Assembly (NCBI GenBank): GCA_965199955.1
Contig: CBDATQ010000002.1
Coordinates: 64,001-128,000 of the forward strand
Source: Spirochaetia bacterium
Lineage (GTDB): Bacteria; Spirochaetota; Spirochaetia; SZUA-6; Bin103
Direction: 5' to 3'
DNA length: 64,000 nt
Below the pieces are notes generated by a model. The model saw nothing but the letters and a program-made list of their open reading frames with translations. It was not told the origin of the DNA and did not search any database. Positions 56,619 through 64,000 of this stretch are shown one piece after another. Within the stretch, counting starts at the first letter, position 1. Every line of letters starts with the position of its first letter. A program made the translations under genes and the position numbers.

Positions 56619-57836
56619 TCACTCGTCGAGCACGATCCAGTCAGATACTGGATCCATGCGCCCGGTCGACGAATTGCCCCTGTAGATGCGCCCGACCGGT
56701 ATCGAGTTGTTCCTGAAGGACACCGGCACGCCGATCAGACCGCCGGTGTCCCAGTCCTGGATGCCGTCGATCGCCTCCTTGAGGTTGTCGCCGGTGAGCT
56801 CCTTGCCGGCGTCCAGCGTGCGCTTGATCGCCTCCGTCAGGATCATGCCCGTGAACCAGCCCTGCAGGGCGAAGATCGGCACGTACTCCTTCTGCGTCAC
56901 CTCCGCGATCAGCCGCAGCGTCGCGGAGTCTTCCTGCTCCCAGTAGTACCGGTACGGGAACACGCCCATGTACCGGTCGGCCAGCGGCCCGAGCTGCTTG
57001 ATGATCTCCGGCTCCATCGCCCAGAACGTGCCCATGAACATGGCGTCCACGCCCGACTGCACCGCCTGCTTCATCACCTCCGGCCAGACCGTGGCCACGT
57101 AGCCGAAGAAGATGACGTAGTCCGGCTCCGCCCGGCGCAGCTTCAGCACCTCCGGCGCCACGTCGATGCCGGCCGGCTCGGTCTCGATCTCCTCGACGAT
57201 CTCGATGCCGAGCTCCGCCGCGCGCTCCCGGGCGGCCGGGAGCGGGTCGCGGCCGAACTCCAGGTTGGAGTGGAACAGGACGACGCGCGGCGCCGCGCCC
57301 TCGGAGCGTCCTCCCTGCTCGGCGATGTGCTCCATCAGCATGCCGACCATCTCCGCGTAGGTCGGCCCGGTCAGGACCTGATAGGGGTAGTTGACCGGAT
57401 CGGCGAGCACGGTGGACATCGAGGCACCGATCATCAGCAGCCGGTAGCGCTCGTTGACCTCAGGCGCGGACAGAATCGCAAATTCGGTGGAGTCGCCGTA
57501 GAACGCCACGATGTCCTCTTCCTCGGCCATGATCTGCTTGAAGATGGCGATCGCCTGCTCCGGTTCGGAGCCGGAATCGCGGTTCTCCAAGCGCACCGGC
57601 CGGCCGTTGATCCCGCCGGTGGCGTTCAGGTAGGCGAGGTAGCCTTCGATGCCGGCCAAGCCGTATCTGCCCGCCTGTGCGTAGATGCCGGTGAGCGGCA
57701 CGGAGCCTCCCCAGACGATCTCACCTTCGTCGGCCAGCACCGGCGTCGCCATCCCCGCGGCCAGCGCGACGATCAGTGTCGCGGCGGCGGCGAGGCGTCC
57801 GGTTCCTCTCACGATTTGCGATGTTCCTCGGTCCAT
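56619..57836 (-). CDS. ABC transporter substrate-binding protein, branched-chain amino acid (LivK-like) family, orphan
   Basis: Signal peptide, VPLTGIYAQAG, NATGGINGRPVRL and EFGRDP. Start uncertain. Confidence 0.88.
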   Translation of the reverse strand: MDRGTSQIVRGTGRLAAAATLIVALAAGMATPVLADEGEIVWGGSVPLTGIYAQAGRYGLAGIEGYLAYLNATGGINGRPVRLENRDSGSEPEQAIAIFKQIMAEEEDIVAFYGDSTEFAILSAPEVNERYRLLMIGASMSTVLADPVNYPYQVLTGPTYAEMVGMLMEHIAEQGGRSEGAAPRVVLFHSNLEFGRDPLPAARERAAELGIEIVEEIETEPAGIDVAPEVLKLRRAEPDYVIFFGYVATVWPEVMKQAVQSGVDAMFMGTFWAMEPEIIKQLGPLADRYMGVFPYRYYWEQEDSATLRLIAEVTQKEYVPIFALQGWFTGMILTEAIKRTLDAGKELTGDNLKEAIDGIQDWDTGGLIGVPVSFRNNSIPVGRIYRGNSSTGRMDPVSDWIVLDE

Positions 57837-57913
57837 TTCCCCAGGCTCTCCCAGTTGCTTCATGGTCCGAAAATGCCATGCCGGTTCCACGCTCGTCTAC
57901 CGATGCCGGCTCC

Positions 57914-59455
57914 TCAACTCCCGACGCGCAGGCGGTACTTGCGGAGGTCGATGACGTCCAGGGGCAGGTCGCGCGATTCGGCGACGTAGAAGCTCGGCGC
58001 CGGCCTGCCCGCTGCCGGCACGACCGCTTCACCGTGCGGGACATCGGCAAGCATCACGAAGAAGCTCGCCTCGGGGTCGTTGTAGCGGCACTCGATCATC
58101 ACGAAGTCGTCCGCGGTCAAACGGCCGGTCTTGACCTTCTCCTCGAACTCGGGGCGCAGGCATAGCGCCACGGCGAGGTACATCGGCTGGCTGTCGGGGT
58201 TGCCGATCAGCAGGAACTCCTCGTTGTCGGGATGGGTGCCGAAGGCGGAGAACTCGGCGCGGTTCACGGTCACGGCGATCAGCTTGTGCGGTCCGTGGCG
58301 GTCGGCGGTCTCGTAGATCGGCTCTCCCAGGGTTTCGCCAGGCTGCGCCGCCAGATCGTGGCCGCCGGGCCGCAGGCGAATGATCAGCCCGCGCCGCTCC
58401 AGGTCGGCCATCAGCTCGCCCGTCATCGGCACCGGCGGCAGCGTCAGGTCACAGCCGGCGTGGGCGCGCAGCACGGCGGCCTCACCCGGGTCGAACAACG
58501 ATCCGTCGGGGCGGATCACGTCGTGCAGCCAGAGGCGCGGCTCGGCTTCCGGCTCCGGGCTGTAGCGAGTGTACCAGTGCAGGTACGTCTGCGTGCGGCC
58601 CGCCACCAGGCCCCACTGGCAGCTGCCGACGTTGCGCTCCCGGAACAGCGGCAGATGGCTGGCGAACTTGGAGCCGTGGTGGCGCGCCAGCCATTCCGTG
58701 CAGAGCACCGGGCGGCCGTATCCGCCCAACTCGTCGAGCCGCTCGCGCATGTCGTTGAGGTTGCCGTAGCTGTGGAACGACACCACGTCGGAGTTGCGTT
58801 CGCCGCACAGCCGGATCTCGGTCATGTAGTCGTGCCAGTAGAACGAGCCCACGGTCAGCGGCTGCTGCGGATCGGCGGCGCGCGCCCAGCGGAACGCCGC
58901 TTCCATCAGCGGCAGACTCTCCTTGGGGCGATCCCCGCCCGGTTCGTTGTACAGGTCCCATACCAGTACCCGCCGGTCGCTGCCGAAGGCTCCTACCACG
59001 TCGCCGACGTACGCCTGGAGCTGCGGCCAGCGCGCGGGGTCGTCGGCGGTGGCGTAGCCGGGGCTCGGCGTCCAGCGGCTGTTGTGCACCCCGGGTTCGG
59101 GCTCGTCCTGGCGCCCCGCGTAGGGGTCGCGGTCGTCGAAGCGGCAGTCGTCGAACAGGATCGGCATCATGGTGATGCCGGCTGCGTCGGCCAGCCGCAG
59201 GAAGGTCTCCAGGCGCTCATGGTGGCCCGACGGATCGGCCTCCCACACCATGAACTGCAGGAACACGCGCACCGTGTTGTAGCCGAGGCCGGCCGCATAC
59301 TGCAACTCGCGCTCGATGGTGGTGGGGTCGAAGGTTTCCGCCTGCCACATCTCGGTGCTGTTCACCGCCGTGCTCGGCAGGAAGTTGCAGCCGAACGGCA
59401 ACGGGATCGACGCGAACCACTCGTTGGCGCGCTCGGCGCTCCACTGCTCGGTCAT
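57914..59455 (-). CDS. GH5-like glycoside hydrolase fused to an uncharacterised C-terminal cupin-like domain
   Basis: GCNFLPSTAVN..EMWQ, YNTVRVFL, acid/base WDLYNEP, VSFHSY and nucleophile CTEWLAR. The last ~175 aa carry THPDNEEF...VPHGE. Confidence 0.8.
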   Translation of the reverse strand: MTEQWSAERANEWFASIPLPFGCNFLPSTAVNSTEMWQAETFDPTTIERELQYAAGLGYNTVRVFLQFMVWEADPSGHHERLETFLRLADAAGITMMPILFDDCRFDDRDPYAGRQDEPEPGVHNSRWTPSPGYATADDPARWPQLQAYVGDVVGAFGSDRRVLVWDLYNEPGGDRPKESLPLMEAAFRWARAADPQQPLTVGSFYWHDYMTEIRLCGERNSDVVSFHSYGNLNDMRERLDELGGYGRPVLCTEWLARHHGSKFASHLPLFRERNVGSCQWGLVAGRTQTYLHWYTRYSPEPEAEPRLWLHDVIRPDGSLFDPGEAAVLRAHAGCDLTLPPVPMTGELMADLERRGLIIRLRPGGHDLAAQPGETLGEPIYETADRHGPHKLIAVTVNRAEFSAFGTHPDNEEFLLIGNPDSQPMYLAVALCLRPEFEEKVKTGRLTADDFVMIECRYNDPEASFFVMLADVPHGEAVVPAAGRPAPSFYVAESRDLPLDVIDLRKYRLRVGS

Positions 59456-59715
59456 TTCTCTTCAGCCTCCGCATCCTGCTCCGAGTACACGATCGGGTTC
59501 ATGCCGCTGTCGGCGAGCTGGCCGGGCAGCAGCCCGCCCACAAAACGAAGCCCGTCCGGCGAGCGCGACATGTCGGTGATGCGCGCGCCGTCCGGGAAGT
59601 AGTTGGCGGTCATCGCCTCGCGCACCTTGTCGGAGCGGTTCGCCGGGGCGCCGTGCACGGTCCAGCCCAGATGCATGGAGCAGTCGCCGGCCTTCAGACC
59701 CGGCACCTGCACCAC
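59452..59715 (-). pseudogene. C-terminal remnant of a PhyH-family dioxygenase
   Basis: LKAGDCSMHLGWTVHGAPANRSDKVREAMTANYFPDG; the HxD-containing N-terminal part is missing. Confidence 0.75.
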
Positions 59716-59896
59716 CTCCTCCCCGGACGCTGACTCGCGTGAAAGAATTCAAGTGTTCGATTCGGTCGATCGAGGAATGGAGGGAGCGCGAAGAGCACTT
59801 GACTGCGCTCACAAGGAGAGTCTTCAGCTCTTATAACGCGGCGAGGGAAAGCGCATTGGCCGGGGAGTAGATCGCGTAAGGCGGTAACGGGGACGC

Positions 59897-60634
59897 CTAC
59901 TCCCAGTGCCGGATCATCTCGATCTCCGGACTCGAGGTGGTATAGAGCGGAAGCTCCGGAGTGTGGACCTTGGACGACTGGGTGACAGCGAACAGGATCA
60001 GGTCGGCCACGTCTTCCGGTTGCCCGAGCTGCGACAGCTCGTCCCGGTGGTGGTCGCGGCGCATCTTCGTGTCCATCGGACCCGGCTCCACGAGGGTGGC
60101 CTTCACGCCGTGCGGGCGCCCCTCCAGCCCGGTGATGCCGGTGAATCCTCGCACGCCGAACTTGGCAGCGCCGTAGGCGCCGTAATTGGCTGACGGGTAC
60201 CTGCCGGCAAGCGAGGAGACGTTGACGATGTGGCCGCGGCCGCGCTCGCACATGTGACTGAAAACCGCCTGCGTGCACAGGAACACCGCCTTGAGGTTGA
60301 CGGCGATGTTGCGGTCCCAGAGTTCCTCGGTGATGTTCGGTATCGGTGAGGTGCCGGCCACGCCGGCGTTGTTGACCAGGATGTCGACCGTGCCGAAGCG
60401 GTCGATGGTCTGCGCCACCATCGCCTGCACCGCCGCCTGGTCGGCGACGTCCGTGGGGACGGCGAGCGCCTCGCGGCCGAGCGCGCGGATCTCTTCGGCC
60501 ACGGCCTCGATCTCCGCGGCGGTCCGAGCCGCCAGCGTTACGCCGGCTCCTTCGCGGGCCAGCGCCAGCGCGGTCGCCCGGCCGATGCCGCGGCCGGCGC
60601 CGGTGACGATGGCGGTCTGGTTCTGCAGTCTCAT
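59897..60634 (-). CDS. Short-chain dehydrogenase/reductase (SDR)
   Basis: TGAGRGIG, VNNAG, NVSS and YGAAK. ATG 60634 overlaps the upstream stop. Confidence 0.93.
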   Translation of the reverse strand: MRLQNQTAIVTGAGRGIGRATALALAREGAGVTLAARTAAEIEAVAEEIRALGREALAVPTDVADQAAVQAMVAQTIDRFGTVDILVNNAGVAGTSPIPNITEELWDRNIAVNLKAVFLCTQAVFSHMCERGRGHIVNVSSLAGRYPSANYGAYGAAKFGVRGFTGITGLEGRPHGVKATLVEPGPMDTKMRRDHHRDELSQLGQPEDVADLILFAVTQSSKVHTPELPLYTTSSPEIEMIRHWE

Positions 60635-61737
60635 GCGTTGGCTCCTGCCTTGATCCGAACGATGTCGAACGCCGTATAGCGGTCCTCGAGCGTGTCCCCC
60701 AACTTCTGGGTTTCCGCCCAGCGGTCCCAGGCGGTCTTCATCCACTCGTGCGGCAGCGCCTCACGCACCGCGGGATCGAGTTGCCAGGCATTGCGCACGT
60801 CCGCCACCGACGGATCGCCGGTGAACGGGCCCGGCCACCGCGACCACCCGATCGCAAGGGTGTTCCGTTCACGCTCGGGGACGGTGTGCACGGTGTGAAT
60901 GGTGGCTCCGTTGCGGACGAGCGCTTCCCCAGGTTTGAGCCGGATCGCGACCTGCCCGGGCAACGGATCCACCCCGTTCCAACTGGGCGTGTGCGGCACA
61001 CCTGCCTCCTTCATCTCGCGTGGAAGGAGCACGTCATGCTCGAACGGTGTGCGCCATCGCCGGTGGCTGCCCGGTATCAACTCGTGGCATTCGTCGTCCA
61101 CCAGCGCCAGGAAGATGCTCACGCCGCTCCGTTCCGTGATCGACTTCTCGTTCGTCTCCTGGATCTCCTTCCAGCGGAATCTCTCGATCGCCTCGGAATA
61201 CGCTGCGGGCCCCTCGCCGCGGACCTCGCGCTGGGCGAAGTAGCTTTCTCCGGTGCCCCACCAGGTCACGTCCCGGTGCCAACTGGGCCCGTTTTCCCGC
61301 ACGCGGGGATTGCACCACAGCAGCATCGGGCTCATCATCATGTCCTCGGGGCCGAGCCCGTCACACCAGGCGGCGACGAAGTCCAGGAACTCCTCGGAAC
61401 CGAGGAATTCGGCAAAGGCGGGCTCCTCGAACGCGGGATGGATGAGGCCCCGGATCGCCCACGGCTCATCGTCGCCGGTGCGGTGCACGTAGCCCTTTGA
61501 GCAGTCGATCTTCCGGTAGCCGTTGGCGGGCGCACACGCCTCGGTGACCCGGCGGCCCGCCTCGCGCAGGATCGGGATCCGGGGGCTGTCGACGAAGTCG
61601 GTGACGATGACAAATCCTTGCTCCCGCAGGTGTTCCAGGCGCTCTGGTGTGGCTCCGGCTGCGGCGAGCTCGGGCTTCGCGTCGGCGAACGCCGTCGCCC
61701 GATAGGTGTCCGTCGCTGGGGATCGGTCTGCATTCAC
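60631..61737 (-). CDS. PhyH family Fe(II)/2OG dioxygenase
   Basis: EQGFVIV, WHRD, LIPGSH and LKPGEALVRNGATIH...RNTL. CAGGAG precedes GTG 61737. Confidence 0.82.
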   Translation of the reverse strand: MNADRSPATDTYRATAFADAKPELAAAGATPERLEHLREQGFVIVTDFVDSPRIPILREAGRRVTEACAPANGYRKIDCSKGYVHRTGDDEPWAIRGLIHPAFEEPAFAEFLGSEEFLDFVAAWCDGLGPEDMMMSPMLLWCNPRVRENGPSWHRDVTWWGTGESYFAQREVRGEGPAAYSEAIERFRWKEIQETNEKSITERSGVSIFLALVDDECHELIPGSHRRWRTPFEHDVLLPREMKEAGVPHTPSWNGVDPLPGQVAIRLKPGEALVRNGATIHTVHTVPERERNTLAIGWSRWPGPFTGDPSVADVRNAWQLDPAVREALPHEWMKTAWDRWAETQKLGDTLEDRYTAFDIVRIKAGANA

Positions 61738-61769
61738 TATCGTTTCTCCTGTTCCAGGGCCGGAGTCCA

Positions 61770-62159
61770 TTAGCGGAACTCGGCGTCCAGGATGGCTTGT
61801 GCCTCGCCGCCGGGGACGTACAGAAAGTAGAGCTTGACCGGTTCGTCGCCGGTGTTGATGAACTGGTGGAAGGTGCCGGGCGGGGTGTAGACGACGGTGC
61901 CGGGGCCGGTGGGGTACTCGCGGTCGCCGACGATGGCGCGGCCGCGGCCGGCGAAGAACAGCCACACCTCGGCGGCGTCCGGATGGTTGTGACGGGTGCC
62001 CTTGCCGTGCGGCGGCACCTCGGTGATGCCGACCGAGAAGTCCTCCAGGCCGTCCTGCAGCAGCGGGGAGAGCAGCACCTTGACGGTGCGGACGGCCGGC
62101 GCCGGCGTGGTCAGGCCGACGCCCTGGCCGATGTCGGTGACGATCGGTTGCGCGGCCAC
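61770..62159 (-). CDS. Cupin domain protein
   Basis: HNHPDAAEVWLFFAGRG and GTVVYTPPGTFHQFINTG. Confidence 0.9.
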   Translation of the reverse strand: MAAQPIVTDIGQGVGLTTPAPAVRTVKVLLSPLLQDGLEDFSVGITEVPPHGKGTRHNHPDAAEVWLFFAGRGRAIVGDREYPTGPGTVVYTPPGTFHQFINTGDEPVKLYFLYVPGGEAQAILDAEFR

Positions 62160-62160
62160 G

Positions 62161-63135
62161 CTACGACGATCCTTCGGACGGGCCGTCGGGGACGGTCACC
62201 TGCGTGAATGCGAAGTTCGGACCCTTGGTGTGGCTGACGCCCAGGCCGGTGCCCCAGTCATGGGGAGGCCCGCCGGCGCGTGCCTCCGCCCACGCCTTCA
62301 GCGGCACGGTGTCCCAGTCGTCGGAGAACCAGTATTGGGAGCTGGGATTGTTGACCGGGTCGCTGCCGAGCGGATGGCTCAGGTTGCCCATCGCCCCCAG
62401 GAGCTGCCGGCGCACCGGTGAGCTCCGCGCGATGAGCTCGGCGTCCTGCTCCAGGTGGCCGCTCGGCCGGACCCAGCGCGGCGTGTAGCTCACGTAGATC
62501 GCCTTGCGCTCGGTCTGCGACAGGTTGGGCGTCACGCTGTGCAGCAGGGTCGGCCGCCACAGCATCACGCTGCCGGCCGGCACCTTCACGGCGACGATGT
62601 CGGCCGGGTCCAGCCAGTCCTCGAAGGTCGCGCGCTGCTTGCGCGACCAGCGGTAGCTGCCGGGCACCACCAGGATGGTGCTGTGGCCCGGCTCGGTGTG
62701 GTCGGAGATGTACCAGCCGACCTTGAAGTCCAGCAGCGGCAGCGTGCCGTCCACGGTGGTCCCGCAGAACTCCTCCTCGTAGTCGAAGTGCCAGCCCAGG
62801 GACAGGATGTCGGGATCGCTTCCGTCCGGCCTGGGCGGGTCGCACTGCGTGACGCTGTCGCGGTTGTGGATGTTCCAGCCGTAGGCGTCGACCACCAGCT
62901 CCAGGATCGCCGGATGGTCCATGAGGTCGAGGAGCTTCGGATGGCGGATCATGCCGTTGCGCAGCGCCACCTTGTCGCCCGGACCCAGGCCGCGCTCCGC
63001 GCGCACCTCGGCGGCGACCTGGTCCATCGCGGCGGTGACGGCGGCCACCTCATCCGTGTCCAGCAGGTTCTCGACGACGAAGTAGCCCTTGCGCTCGAGG
63101 TCGTCCTTCTGCTGGTCGGTCATCGCGATCGCCAT
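62161..63135 (-). CDS. PhyH family Fe(II)/2OG dioxygenase
   Basis: KGYFVVENLL, WHFD, VVPGS and AGSVMLW...LLHSVTPN...RKA. Confidence 0.9.
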   Translation of the reverse strand: MAIAMTDQQKDDLERKGYFVVENLLDTDEVAAVTAAMDQVAAEVRAERGLGPGDKVALRNGMIRHPKLLDLMDHPAILELVVDAYGWNIHNRDSVTQCDPPRPDGSDPDILSLGWHFDYEEEFCGTTVDGTLPLLDFKVGWYISDHTEPGHSTILVVPGSYRWSRKQRATFEDWLDPADIVAVKVPAGSVMLWRPTLLHSVTPNLSQTERKAIYVSYTPRWVRPSGHLEQDAELIARSSPVRRQLLGAMGNLSHPLGSDPVNNPSSQYWFSDDWDTVPLKAWAEARAGGPPHDWGTGLGVSHTKGPNFAFTQVTVPDGPSEGSS

Positions 63136-63148
63136 GCGAACCTCCGTG

Positions 63149-64000
63149 TCACCGGGGCAGGACGACCCGCCGCTCGTCGATGTCGGCGACGCTCGTGCAG
63201 CCGCACATCGCCATGGCCTTGTCGAACTCGGACTTGAGAATCTGCAGCATGGTGCGCACGCCGGCCTCGCCGTCGATCGCGAGCCCCCAGAAGACCGGCC
63301 GGCCGACCATCACCGCGCGGGCGCCGAGCGCCAGCGCCTTGAGCACGTCGGTGCCGCGGCGCACGCCGGAGTCCAGGTAGACCTCGGCGCGGTCGCCGAC
63401 CGCGGCGACGATCTCGGGCAGCACCTCGATCGACGCCTGCATGCCGTCGAAGGTGCGCCCGCCGTGGTTGGAGACGACCACGGCGTCGGCGCCGTGATGG
63501 ACGGCGCGCAGCGTGTCCTCGTTCGTCATCACTTCCTTGACGATCAGCGGCAGCCCGGTGAGCCCCTTCAGCCACTCCAGCCGCTTGCCGTCCAGCGGCG
63601 GGTAGGAGACGCCGTCCAGGTTTTCCATCATCTCGGCCAGGTCAGGCCGGTCGGCCAGGTCCGCCCACTTGCCCACGTAGCTCTGGATGGGCGCGTCGTG
63701 GCTGGGGGAGAAGCCGCGCACGTCCGGCTCCCGATCGCCCATGCCGGGACCGGCGATGGTGATGCAGATCGCGTCCACGCCGGCCTCCATGGCGCGGCCG
63801 ATCAGGTACTCGGTGACCTCGTCCGGGTAGTGCTTGATGCCGTACCAGAGCGGGCCGGTGGTCGCCTTGCGCACCTCGGCGACCGTCTTGCCGGCGCCGG
63901 CGCGCAGGGTCATCACCGTCCGGTGAGCGCTGCAGGCGCGCGCGGTGGCCACGTCGCCGTCGGGATGCGCCCACACCTGCGTGCCGGCCGGCGGCACCAT
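63149..64000 (-). CDS. FMN-dependent alpha-hydroxy acid oxidase/dehydrogenase, 5' end outside window
   Basis: LPLIVKEV, VVSNHGGR, DSGVRRGTDVLKALALGA and GRPVFWGLA. Confidence 0.93.
   Translation of the reverse strand: MVPPAGTQVWAHPDGDVATARACSAHRTVMTLRAGAGKTVAEVRKATTGPLWYGIKHYPDEVTEYLIGRAMEAGVDAICITIAGPGMGDREPDVRGFSPSHDAPIQSYVGKWADLADRPDLAEMMENLDGVSYPPLDGKRLEWLKGLTGLPLIVKEVMTNEDTLRAVHHGADAVVVSNHGGRTFDGMQASIEVLPEIVAAVGDRAEVYLDSGVRRGTDVLKALALGARAVMVGRPVFWGLAIDGEAGVRTMLQILKSEFDKAMAMCGCTSVADIDERRVVLPR

Overview
High-GC bacterial window with about 50 intact-looking genes and no rRNA, tRNA, CRISPR array, transposase or integrase that I could recognise. It is dominated by solute uptake and catabolism: two carbohydrate-type ABC clusters, two peptide/nickel-type ABC sets, two stand-alone binding proteins, five Asp-box (BNR/sialidase-like) proteins without signal peptides, four PhyH-type Fe(II)/2OG dioxygenases, three Ntn-hydrolases, and a compositionally distinct XRE-cupin/ABC/hydantoinase A-B-B' block (about 39.4-50.9 kb). 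A frameshifted gene encodes a secreted protein of 11 Ig-like repeats, each with a variable Trp-containing loop. About a dozen short gene remnants lie between the intact genes. These include broken toxin-antitoxin modules (HicB-like piece, orphan DUF433, RelE tail plus HTH antitoxin, truncated HTH antitoxin) and a collapsed defence locus (HsdM piece joined to a truncated YprA/DruE-like helicase). Many first genes have a TANNNT box 5-8 nt before the ATG, which suggests leaderless mRNAs. The gene content resembles sponge-symbiont genomes, possibly Spirochaetaceae, but that is inference. All family calls come from motif recognition by eye; no searches were run.
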